Source of the DNA: Octopus bimaculoides
Taxonomy: Eukaryota
Assembly: GCF_001194135.2 (NCBI RefSeq)
Contig: NC_068986.1
Location: forward strand, 15,583,544-15,621,948
DNA length: 38,405 nt
Reading direction: 5' to 3'
Shown here in pieces: positions 23,357-34,509 of the stretch. The position numbers and the translations under genes are program-made. How positions within the stretch are numbered: the stretch's first letter is position 1; every line of letters begins with the position of its first letter. Below the pieces are notes generated by a model. The model saw only the letters and a list, made by a program, of their open reading frames with translations. It had not been told where the DNA came from and did no database searches.

Positions 23357-23577
23357 TGTATGTATGTCTCTTCTATATTTTAATTATTGTAAATTTTCCA
23401 CCGAGGAGGGAGCCGGTTTCCAGCAAACTTACCAGGCTCCATCTTCAGGATGTAGTTAACACAAACAAATTCACATTTGGAACCTGGGAAAAGTTTTGTA
23501 TATTTTTACTGTTCCGCTCACAGATTGGACTTGTCAATTTTTCTTTCTGAAAATCCCAGTTTATCCAGATTCTACTT

Positions 23578-24130
23578 TAAGCAGTTACTAACAAAACCTA
23601 GTGCTCCACTTATTGTTTCAATGTATATGAATTCATAGTCTGGACATAAAAGCTGGAGGTTATTACGACACTGCTGATTGATGCCGGAAACGTAATGAGG
23701 AGAAACACAGCAACAATTGAGATTACGATGCGAATGGAATTGTGTAACTGTGGTTACAAGTTGTGAGAAAACTACTGGCCGAGCTTTGGTGGATTCAATA
23801 TTTCATATATTGTGGCGAAAGAACTCACGATTATGAAAACCGCTGGTACGAACAATTACACGAATAAAGATAGCAAACGGATAACTCTTGTTATCTTTTG
23901 CGAATAAAGCAACAAGTATGTAAGTCTTAGTCATAAAAATAAAAACAGAAGAGATTACACAATACGGTGTATAGGTATTAGAAAAGAAACGATATGATAA
24001 GGGAATATAAACCGCAAACAGACGTTCTATGGAAATAATTACAATTATCCATGAAGAGTATATATTTAGTATGGTACATTCTACTAAAAATTCTGAGTCC
24101 ATCAATAAGAAGCGTATATGAATTATATAT
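23578..24130 (-). pseudogene. GPCR paralog 3, pseudogene (ECL1/TM3 to early TM7 visible; TM1-TM2 presumably in the 24131-24842 gap)
   Basis: The frame is open from the gap edge: YIIHIRFLL..YSSWIIVIISIERLFAVYIPLSYRFFSNTYTPYCVI. A +1 frameshift near 23862 is followed by *LFVPAVFIIVSSFATIYEILNPPKLGQ*FSHNL*PQLHNSIRIVISIVAVFLLITFPASIS (stops at 23856-58, 23772-74, 23754-56). A second shift near 23640 gives YEFIYIETISGALGFVSNCL, after which homology is lost. Closest to paralog 4. Confidence 0.88.
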
Positions 24131-24910
24131 NNNNNNNNNNNNNNNNNNNNNNNNNNNNNNNNNNNNNNNNNNNNNNNNNNNNNNNNNNNNNNNNNNNNNN
24201 NNNNNNNNNNNNNNNNNNNNNNNNNNNNNNNNNNNNNNNNNNNNNNNNNNNNNNNNNNNNNNNNNNNNNNNNNNNNNNNNNNNNNNNNNNNNNNNNNNNN
24301 NNNNNNNNNNNNNNNNNNNNNNNNNNNNNNNNNNNNNNNNNNNNNNNNNNNNNNNNNNNNNNNNNNNNNNNNNNNNNNNNNNNNNNNNNNNNNNNNNNNN
24401 NNNNNNNNNNNNNNNNNNNNNNNNNNNNNNNNNNNNNNNNNNNNNNNNNNNNNNNNNNNNNNNNNNNNNNNNNNNNNNNNNNNNNNNNNNNNNNNNNNNN
24501 NNNNNNNNNNNNNNNNNNNNNNNNNNNNNNNNNNNNNNNNNNNNNNNNNNNNNNNNNNNNNNNNNNNNNNNNNNNNNNNNNNNNNNNNNNNNNNNNNNNN
24601 NNNNNNNNNNNNNNNNNNNNNNNNNNNNNNNNNNNNNNNNNNNNNNNNNNNNNNNNNNNNNNNNNNNNNNNNNNNNNNNNNNNNNNNNNNNNNNNNNNNN
24701 NNNNNNNNNNNNNNNNNNNNNNNNNNNNNNNNNNNNNNNNNNNNNNNNNNNNNNNNNNNNNNNNNNNNNNNNNNNNNNNNNNNNNNNNNNNNNNNNNNNN
24801 NNNNNNNNNNNNNNNNNNNNNNNNNNNNNNNNNNNNNNNNNNTATATATATATATATGCTTATATACCTACGTATATGTACATACTTACGCCTATACGTA
24901 TATATATAAA

Positions 24911-25561
24911 CGTACGTGGACGTCATGAAACGTGTACAACAAAAAATACGAAGCACAAGTAAATGGGACATGAACTATTCTTTCGAACGACGAAAGACGC
25001 AAATGGAAAACAAAACAAGCAACTTAAAAAACGGCCCTTCATCAGTTGTTGCTATTTTTCTAGTTTCGTATTTCAAGCATTTAACAACGATATACGCTTT
25101 CGATAAAACAGTTGCTCCCGCAAAGCAAATTAAATAATAATTTAGGATTTTGCGGAGGGTCAAAACAGGTAACAGAAACAGGACAGTGAAAAGAAATAGG
25201 AAGGGCTGCTAAGCCTGAACGACGTTGTTGTGGCGAACGCGTAAATCAAACGAGGACAGGAGAAAAACAAGAACATGCCTTCCTTGTTGCAGCCACACCG
25301 GAGAAAAAGAAAGAAACACAAGTTAGGAGAATAAAGATAGCCGATGGTCATGTGAAAGCCATGTGAGCAAGAGAGGATGAGTGAAGGAGAGAGTAACAGA
25401 GTAATAGGAAAGAATAGTGGGAGGAGAGGGAGTAAAAGAATATGAGAAGGAAAGAGAGAAAAACGAAAGAGTAAAAGGTCGCATAGAGAACGTATCAGAA
25501 TTATTACGATAAAACTTACTTGGAAGGTGATGCATGGCGTTTAATCATATAATAAAATAAA

Positions 25562-25562
<1 letters not shown>
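24911..25562. mobile_element. ~650-bp dispersed non-coding element, copy a (possibly the 3' end or pseudo-LTR of a Penelope-like family)
   Basis: Three colinear copies in the window (24911, 29630, 36224), all in the same orientation and adjacent to (TA)n-type tracts. The superfamily assignment is inference. Confidence 0.7.
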
Positions 25563-25592
<30 letters not shown>

Positions 25593-27110
25593 NNNNNNNN
25601 NNNNNNNNNNNNNNNNNNNNNNNNNNNNNNNNNNNNNNNNNNNNNNNNNNNNNNNNNNNNNNNNNNNNNNNNNNNNNNNNNNNNNNNNNNNNNNNNNNNN
25701 NNNNNNNNNNNNNNNNNNNNNNNNNNNNNNNNNNNNNNNNNNNNNNNNNNNNNNNNNNNNNNNNNNNNNNNNNNNNNNNNNNNNNNNNNNNNNNNNNNNN
25801 NNNNNNNNNNNNNNNNNNNNNNNNNNNNNNNNNNNNNNNNNNNNNNNNNNNNNNNNNNNNNNNNNNNNNNNNNNNNNNNNNNNNNNNNNNNNNNNNNNNN
25901 NNNNNNNNNNNNNNNNNNNNNNNNNNNNNNNNNNNNNNNNNNNNNNNNNNNNNNNNNNNNNNNNNNNNNNNNNNNNNNNNNNNNNNNNNNNNNNNNNNNN
26001 NNNNNNNNNNNNNNNNNNNNNNNNNNNNNNNNNNNNNNNNNNNNNNNNNNNNNNNNNNNNNNNNNNNNNNNNNNNNNNNNNNNNNNNNNNNNNNNNNNNN
26101 NNNNNNNNNATATATATATATATATACATATGTATATATATATGCATGTATATTTTTCTTGTTTGCACCAACATACCTATGAATATATGAATATATTTAT
26201 ATGTATATATCGGTCTGTGTATGTGCGTGTGTATGTGTGTATGTGTGTGTAAGTGTCTCTAATTATGGCCTTCCACTACAGGAGTATTTCACTTCTATCA
26301 ATAGTGTCTTTCGTTCTTATAGAGATAATATAGTTACCGTCATTAAGACAAGAGGACTTATGAAGGAAGGAAGGAAGGAAGGCTGTATATCATGAGTGAT
26401 ATAATATTTGAATTTTCAATAACTTTCCATGAAATACTCGTCGATAAACACATGCTGCTTGACTACTGCGTCTGATATTTACATTCGTTGATGACAAACT
26501 CATTGCTGTTGCTGTCGCTGCAGTCGAGACTGTCTGCACTAATTCTGCAACCTCTGCTGATGGTACTGAGGTTGGTGATAATGACATTTCCAAAGCTGTG
26601 ATGAGAATTATTATCAGTTAACATGTACATATTACAATGTTTAACGTTCAGAATAGCAACGGGACGTACATCCGTTGAGTTAATCCGCAGCAATCCCTAG
26701 TTATGATTAATGAGACACATACAATTTGTATGTATACATGTATGTGTATGCGGTGCTGGTGGTGGTGGCTGCGTGTGTTTGTATGCATGTTTCTACAGAT
26801 ACGCCTATACACATACACATATTGATGTTAAAACAAGAAACTCAAAATTCTTAGAGATGTTTATCGTGGTTAAATGGAAGAAAGTTTCTAAATACTAAAA
26901 TATATGCTAAAGGTTTCTCTCTCACTAAAACAAAGCGATTCAGTCATACTTAAATAAATGGATAAGTAAACTGAAATAAAATCTGTGTTAATATTTCATG
27001 ATATCAACTAAATAAATTCATATATGTTTCTTATAAGTCCCCGTTATTCTGGTGTTTTGTTTCCTGCCGATCATTGTTGTGTGATAGCTGCATCCATTGT
27101 AGCCATCGCT

Positions 27111-27529
27111 AAGGCGGCGAGCTGGCAGAAACGCTAGTATACCGGACGCAATGATTATCGTTATTTCGCCTGTCTTTATGTTCTGAGTTCAAATTCTGCT
27201 GAGGTCGACTTTGAATTTCCTCTTTCGGGGTCGATAATTTAATTACCAGTTGCGTACTGTGGTCGATCTAATCGAATGGCTCTCCCCCCCCCCCAGAAGA
27301 AAATGTCGGGCCTTGTGCCTAGAATAGAAATGAAAGGTTAGCACGCTGGGCGTGATACTTAGTAATATTTTGTCTGTCTTACGTTCTGAGTTCAAATTCT
27401 GCAGAGGTCGATTTTGCCTATCATCATTTCGGGGCCGATAAATTAAGTATCATTGGTGTACTGGGATCGATTTAATCGACTTGCACTCTCCCCTCAAATT
27501 TCGGGCCTTGTGCATAGAGTAGAAAAGAA
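27111..27529 (+). mobile_element. Two SINE family A copies head-to-tail (27111-27330 and 27337-27529)
   Basis: Both carry the family A head, core and tail. The second lacks the first ~20 nt. Confidence 0.85.
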
Positions 27530-27699
27530 CTGTAGAATTCGCTGTCACCAAAAATAAAATAAAATAAAATATGAAAATAAAAAGTAAAACTATTAAGTTG
27601 GCATACCTGACGTTCACCTGTTACTTTTACTAATAGTTGTGACATCTTTTGCAAGGGTCGCTGTAATACTGGCTTTAGCTCTCTCCTCTTTACCGCAAC

Positions 27700-28070
27700 T
27701 CTTTTAATGTGTTTGGAATTTCTTACGAATGTCGTTTCTTTGTTCATATGTTGATGCTTCTAAATTGATATGGAAAATTGTTAAATTTGGTTGTTTTTCA
27801 CATGGAGATATCTTTGTTCCTTCTTATTTGCATTGCTATATTTTAAATTGCTATCTATGAAGTGACACGTGCAGATTCAAGGAGCCTCCTCACTCTCCTG
27901 TATAATTCTCTCCCAATCCCTTTTATATAATTTCATAGATTAGGTTTTCATATACGCAAGTGATACTGTTCAGTCTCAAGAGGGATCCTTGTTTGAAATT
28001 TATCTCTGATACATCTGTTAAAACATATGCATAGTGGCGTCTTGCGTGTTTTTGATTTCATCTTTCAGGG
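27700..28070 (-). mobile_element. Second Penelope-like GIY-YIG remnant
   Basis: Minus-strand frames: ..VLTDVSEINFKQGSLLRLNSITCV / KNLIYEII*KGLGENYTGE*GGSLNLHVSLHR*QFK / NKETTFVR. Same layout as the 7215-7620 remnant (NLIY.I.C.GC...YIGET...L..R...HR). Confidence 0.7.
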
Positions 28071-28679
28071 ATTTTACTCATCATCCTTAATCGTTACTGA
28101 AATAGAGTGAAACCCCAGAGAGTCAATATTCAGGAACTAATTTAAAGAATATAAATAAATAAATAGAAATTGAAGGTCCAACCAAAATAATACGGCCTAC
28201 AAAATCAAACTCCAAAATATGCTGATACAGAAAAACGACATCCACCTTGAAGGAAATCCTCCAAAGATACACTAAAAAATAAGACAATTTACATAATAAC
28301 AAGACGTACGATATATATCCAATTTTCCAGTTGTGTAAATGGATTTGAGTGTGGATAAATACAGGTATGACAACCTGTATCTTCCATTTCGCAAGATTAA
28401 ACGATGAATTAAACTGTTTACAGAAGCGTAGATGTGTGTGATTGTTTAACAGCTAATTAATTTTAAAAGGATCGCAAAATAGTTAGCACTGTCGCCCTCA
28501 GTGTAAAATATAATTTATAGATTTATTGGAAAATACACCGTTGTGGAAACGCTTAAGCTTCTAAGTAATAATAGGTTACATTATATAAACATTTTGGACA
28601 TATTAACACCACAGTGTGTATATATTAAAATATATATTTACAAAAGACACACACACACACAGACATACAGACACACGTT

Positions 28680-29285
28680 TTATTCTTTTATTTGTGTCTG
28701 TCATTTGACTATGGCTATACTGGAAAACCAACTTGAAGGGTCTCAGTCGAACAAATCGACCTAACGACTTATTTTTCAACGGTTTATTCTCCCGGACACT
28801 TGGGTGGAAACACAAAGACGTAAATACACAAAATCCGGTTGTCGAGCGGTAATAGTGGAGGTGGGGTGCAAACATAGAGACGAAGGCATACACAGACACA
28901 CAGACACACGCACACACATTCATGCAGACATACACACACATATATATACATATATATAGATGTATGTGTATATATATACATATATGTATATATATATATA
29001 NNNNNNNNNNNNNNNNNNNNNNNNNNNNNNNNNNNNNNNNNNNNNNNNNNNNNNNNNNNNNNNNNNNNNNNNNNNNNNNNNNNNNNNNNNNNNNNNNNNN
29101 NNNNNNNNNNNNNNNNNNNTTTTATTCTTTTATTTGTTTCAGTCATTTGTCTGCGGCCATGCTGGAGCATCGCCTTTAGTCTAACAAATCGACACTAGGA
29201 CTTATTCTTTGTAAGCCTAGTACTTATTCTATCGTCCTGTTTTGCCGATACGCTAAGTTACGCGGACATTAACACACCAGCATGT
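28680..29285 (-). mobile_element. Two SINE family B tail fragments (28680-28880, 29121-29285) with microsatellite and an N-gap between them
   Basis: Both start ttattctttta/tttg.ttcagtcattt g.ct..ggc.at.ctgga, as in the 21170 and 35868 copies. Confidence 0.65.
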
Positions 29286-29629
29286 ATTCACTCACTCAGT
29301 GAGCAATGGTAGAAAGACATATGGTCTGATGAAAGTAACTATGAGGTAAGATAGTACATGTATCCATTTAATCAACATATAAACCAGTACCACCAACATC
29401 TCCACTAAAACTGCCATACCCACACCATTCAAACTACTGACGCCCCCACCATCAATGTGTTTGACTTCACTGCCTTCCCTCAACCACCATCACCACCACC
29501 AACATCATCATCATTACCATCACCTCCGTCTCTATCACAATTACAGCTCACACTGGAGGAATAGTAGAAGTGTCATTGAACAGTGAGAAATGTGTGAAAA
29601 TGTGATACGCTATATGTATATATATATAC

Positions 29630-30180
29630 AAACAACATAAAGAACAGCCCTTCATCAACTGTTGGCTGGTTTTCTAGTCTCGTATTTCGAGCGTTTAACA
29701 ACAATATACGCTTTCGATAAAACATTTACTCCCGCAAAGCAAATTAATTAAAATTTGGGATTTTCTGAGGGTCAAAATTGGTAACACAAACAGGACAGTG
29801 AAAAGAAACAGAAATAGCTGCTATGTCTAAACGTGGTTGTGGTGGCGAACGTGTAAATCAAGCTAGGACAGGAGACAAATAAGAACACGTCTTCTGTTTT
29901 CCAGCTACAACGGAGAGAAAGAAAGAAACACAAGTTAGGAGAACAAAGACAGATGGCAGATGCTCATGTGGGAGCCACGTGAGCAAGGGAGGAGGAGTGA
30001 GGGAGAGAGAGTGACAGCTTAATAAGATAGAATAGTAGGAGAAGAGGAGTTAAAAGAATAAGAGATAGAAAACGAGAGAAAAACGAAAAAGTAAAAAGAT
30101 CTTATGAGTGCCCATTAGAATTAAGATAAAACTTACTTGGAAGAGGATGCGAGGCGTTCAATCATATAATAATATCAATA
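29630..30180. mobile_element. ~650-bp dispersed element, copy b (one end truncated)
   Basis: Colinear with 24911-25562 from aacaacataaagaac onward, flanked by (TA)n on both sides. Confidence 0.7.
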
Positions 30181-30605
30181 ATATATATATATAAGATTAA
30201 GCATAAAATCACTTTAATGGTTTTATAAAATCCTTAGAATTAACATTTTATTCTAATTTATAATGATATAAACAATTATATTAAAGGGTGCTGAATAACC
30301 ACGGATTATAATGTCAAAGGAAGGAATCGCAAGACAAAATCTTCAAGTCGGGACAACTAACCGGAGTATACCAAGGACAAGACGGACAATATCCATATAC
30401 ATAATGTATTATACTTGGGAAAATGGCAGGAAAATGTCAGGATGCTTGATTCTGCTACACTAATATGGAGGAGATGCTTTAGTGCTCAATCCTGGTAGCC
30501 ATCCCCAGAAGGGTGGATGGAGAAATTGGATCGTTTATATACAGTATATAAGAACATAAATAATAAATTAGAACGGGAATAAAAGAATATAAATATATCC
30601 AATGT

Positions 30606-31506
30606 AAGGCAGTGACCTGGATGAAAGATCAGCACGCCGGGCGAAATGCTTAACGGTAATTCGTCTGTCTTTACGTACTGAGGTCATATTCCGTTCGGGG
30701 TCGAGTTTGCCTTCCATCCTTTCGGAGTCGATAAATTATGTACCAGCTGCGGGATCTATTTTAAAACGGGGGCGCCAGTTTTCATTTATGTTTCATGTAG
30801 TGTTTTTGGTACGGAAAGACTTTCAAACTTCGTATACTTATCTATTTTGTGTTATAGAACAGAAAAATATTTTTGTATTCGAATTTATTTCATGTAAAAA
30901 ACTGTCTTATTTCGATAATTTCTACTAATCACTGACGTCTATTCAGTTGGAAACAGTTAGCGCTGTAACAGTGTATATCGTATTAATCCCCTAACCCTAA
31001 CCCTAACCCTAACTAGGCTGTTAACCGTAACCGTAACCGTAACCCTAACCCTAAAACTAACCCTAACTCTAGAATCCGAACTCTAAAATTGTTACACACA
31101 TAGATACGCACAGCGTAATTTATTATATAAACAATATATGCGTATAAATTACGATTAAACCGGATGGAATATGTCACAGGGAATAACATTTTTATGACTG
31201 CCCAGCAGTAACTCTACTGAGCTGAATAGACGTCAGTGATTGGTTGAAATTACAGAAATACGACAACTTTAACATGGAATAACTTGCGAATTCCTTTTTT
31301 TTTTGTTAAGAAGACTAAGAGTAAAAGATGTTTTATATGACACATTCTACTAGTGCCCCAAGTTTCAAAGTGTTTCGTTAGTGTTTCGTTAAGAAAATAC
31401 TGGCGCTCCCGTTTTAAAATAGATCCCAGCTGCGTACTGGAGTCGATCTAATCGATTAACCCTTTCCCAAAAAAATTTCGGGCCTTGTGCCTAGAGTAGA
31501 AAAGAA
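30606..31506 (+). mobile_element. SINE family A split in two (30606-30751 and 31427-31506) by the MITE
   Basis: Removing 30752-31426 and one TSD copy restores ...gataaattatgtaccagctgcgtactggagtcgatctaatcga..., i.e. the family A core. Confidence 0.85.
30752..31426. mobile_element. Non-autonomous DNA transposon (MITE), copy 2: 28-bp TIR, 8-bp TSD CAGCTGCG, internal (CCCTAA)n/(CCGTAA)n
   Basis: GGATCTATTTTAAAACGGGGGCGCCAGT ... ACTGGCGCTCCCGTTTTAAAATAGATCC (1 mismatch). CAGCTGCG is at 30744-30751 and 31427-31434. Its left arm is the reverse complement of the right arm of copy 1 (the ORF track shows the shared peptide on opposite strands). Confidence 0.88.
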
Positions 31507-31920
31507 TATATTCAATCTATAACAGTAGCCGTAATTGTTACCAGCACATGTTCCGGAGACTCGAATTTTCAGGAAAAAAAACAGCATTTAGGAAAGTTAT
31601 TGATGTACATTGTGTTTTAGAAACGCAAGAAAAATCACAGCAATAAAAATGGTACGTGAATGTACTGATAGCCTGCATTTCAAGCTCATCTCGAATATTT
31701 CCTGCAGGAATTTTACAAAACAAAGTTGTAAGATAAAAGCCAAACAGCAAAGTAAATTTCTTATACTATTTGGTGAAACGCATGTGGATATAATACGGAA
31801 AAACACCTACACACAAGATATATTTATGTGTATATGTATTAATAAAATGAATGAAAATGAATTAAATTTGTAGTTGAATAGACAAATAACGAAGTTGATT
31901 CTTACCTGTTGGAATATAAT

Positions 31921-32796
31921 TTAGATATGACGGCGTTGCAATATGTATACATTTTGACGTTGAAATTCCGTCTTTCGACAGCATATTTGTTTTAGATACT
32001 GTCGGAATTTTTAACTTGTAATCAAATACGCTATAAAATTGAGACTATAATTTGTGAGAGACAGGGTATTTAAGAGGAACTGGATGTTTTTTTAGTAGTC
32101 TCATTATAGCCGTTTATTACAACCTTAGCGATGGATGTAGGAATCTTGGTGAGAAGGAAAACAGCATTGATAGCGATTACAATGCGAATGGAATTGAATA
32201 ACTGCGATGACAAGTTGCGACAAACACGTTGGTCGAATTTAGGCCGCTTCAATATTTTATATATCGTAGCGATAGAAATCACAATTAGAAAAACCGCTGG
32301 TATGAATGCATACATAATAACGATAGCAATATAATAATGCTCTTGATTCTTTACGAATATTTTGATTAATGTGAATGTCATAGAAACAAAAACATAAACA
32401 ACCAATATTACACAATAGGGTGTATACGTCTTAGAAAAGAAACGCTCGGATAAAGGAATGTAAACGGCAAACATGCGTTCTATGGAGATAACTAGAGTTA
32501 ACCATGAAGAAGCCATACTTAAAACATAAAGGATTGCCCAGGCAAATAAGGGTATATTATTTATGATAGATCTTAGATGGATAAATGTATAATATATGTG
32601 CATCAAGAAATACGTACATATTAAAATCAAATCTACAAGAGCCAGGCAAACGATGTATGGAGCGAATTTCACGTTACGAGTTGCTTTCCTGCAAAATATT
32701 CCAATGACTGCTAAATTACCGAATGTTCCGAAAATCAATATTGTTATTGAGCCATACTGTATAAAACTAATGATAATAATATCTGTGTTGTTAAAT
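31921..32796 (-). pseudogene. GPCR paralog 4, full-length but disrupted
   Basis: The frame covers NNTDIIIISFIQYGSITILIFGTFGN..LALVD..ISIER..FIP..FLLTKIP. There is no in-frame ATG back to the stop at 32841-43; caaatATTTaac here corresponds to caaatATGaac in paralog 1. A frameshift at an A7 run (+ strand T 32087-32093) leads into NIQFLLNTLSLTNYSLNFIAYLITS*KFRQYLKQICCRK...HI*, with a nonsense codon at 32011-13 and the terminal stop at 31921-23. Confidence 0.88.
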
Positions 32797-33145
32797 ATTT
32801 GAGAATTGTTGTTTATTTTGGGTGTTTCGTGTTCTTTAGTTTAAATATTTTGTTAAAATATGAAATGTTATAAATTTGTTTGAAGTATTTAGAAATGGAT
32901 GCAGAATTGATCCAAAGAGACCACCTACTTAATGATATAACACTCTTACATTCGTGTATTTTCGGTATACTAATCTCACATATGTATGCAATATATTAGG
33001 TTAAAATATTTCGATGTAATTCTAATAGGTTCCTCGCATTATGTACTTTAATTTGTCAACCAGTTGTTAAAAATATACGTACAAGCCATACTCCACAACC
33101 ACAATGGTATCATGCGCATATATTAATATACTCCTTATATGTGTG

Positions 33146-33177
<32 letters not shown>

Positions 33178-33195
33178 TACACACACACACACACA

Positions 33196-33256
<61 letters not shown>

Positions 33257-33780
33257 NNNNNNNNNNNNNNNNNNNNNNNNNNNNNNNNNNNNNNNNNNNN
33301 NNNNNNNNNNNNNNNNNNNNNNNNNNNNNNNNNNNNNNNNNNNNNNNNNNNNNNNNNNNNNNNNNNNNNNNNNNNNNNNNNNNNNNNNNNNNNNNNNNNN
33401 NNNNNNNNNNNNNNNNNNNNNNNNNNNNNNNNNNNNNNNNNNNNNNNNNNNNNNNNNNNNNNNNNNNNNNNNNNNNNNNNNNNNNNNNNNNNNNNNNNNN
33501 NNNNNNNNNNNNNNNNNNNNNNNNNNNNNNNNNNNNNNNNNNNNNNNNNNNNNNNNNNNNNNNNNNNNNNCGTACTGCCTTAATTCTTCGAAACGCCAGT
33601 GTTTTAATGGTGGCAGCTGATGGAGATGTTTCTATGTGGCTTGCTTGTTTGTTGTACCTTGTTTATCATTTTGCCCATGTTCCTTTGCCACGTCATGTAC
33701 CCAGTTATATATCTATATGTACATGTAGATGAAGGTATGTACATACATGTACATATATATGCATATACTCATATTTTGTT

Positions 33781-33832
<52 letters not shown>

Positions 33833-34259
33833 TGTATGAACGAGAATATATATATGTGTGTGTGTGTGTGTGTGTTTATAATCTTTGACGGGAGGATTTC
33901 ATTTATATCGATAGAGGTCTTCTTTTTCTCAGAGATAATGTTATCATCATTCATCTAAGACGACATATGAAGGGAGGTAGGCACTGTACCCTCAGCTCCG
34001 TAGCAGTACTATTTTCAATTATTCTCTAGCAAATGCTGAACGTTAAAGTGATGTTGCTGGACTATTGCAGCTGCTATTTCCATAAGTTGATGCAAACTCA
34101 TTACTCACCTGCTACTCCTACTGCACCTGCTGCTGCTGTTGCTGACGTGTCTACGTCTGCTACGTCAGCAGTTTATTTCTCATAGTAAAGACGATGGTGA
34201 TAATCACATCAACGAGCAGTTCTGAAACTATGGCCTGAATCAATATCGTTTACCATCGT

Positions 34260-34378
34260 AAGGCGGCAAGCTGGGCGAAATGCTTAGTGGTATTTCTTCT
34301 GTCATTACGTTGTGAGTTCAAATTCCGTCGAGGTCGACTTTACATTTCATTCTTTCGGTGTCGATAAATTAAGTACAA
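34260..34378 (+). mobile_element. SINE family A, internally deleted and 3'-truncated
   Basis: aaggcggcaagctgggcgaaatgcttag..gagttcaaattccgtcgaggtcgacttt..gtcgataaattaagtac. Confidence 0.8.
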
Positions 34379-34509
34379 ATTTCATTTTTAATTACTTGCT
34401 TTTTCAGTCATATAAAAACTCATTTATGGATACCTTGCATTTAATCTTGACTCTTTTTCTCTCCCAACCATATTGGTGTACAAAACTCGTACCCAAAGGC
34501 CTTACGAAA

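Larger units (their letters stand above)
2392..33570. other. Eight assembly gaps (N runs): 2392-2690, 8565-9039, 15702-15955, 21688-21839, 24131-24842, 25593-26109, 29001-29120, 33257-33570
   Basis: Directly visible. Nearly all abut (TA)n, (CA)n or (ATT)n microsatellites. Confidence 0.98.

Noticed and set aside
26490-26590. Ser/Ala/Thr-rich short ORFs (also 34100-34170, 37050-37150)
   Set aside because: They are decayed trinucleotide (GCT/GTT/AGC) repeats rather than genes.
2295-33732. Long ORF-track entries containing poly-X
   Set aside because: They are artefacts of translating through N-gaps.
5653-33958. ORFs with poly-CV, HT, YI, N, D, SL or ER runs
   Set aside because: They are translations of microsatellites with no coding evidence.
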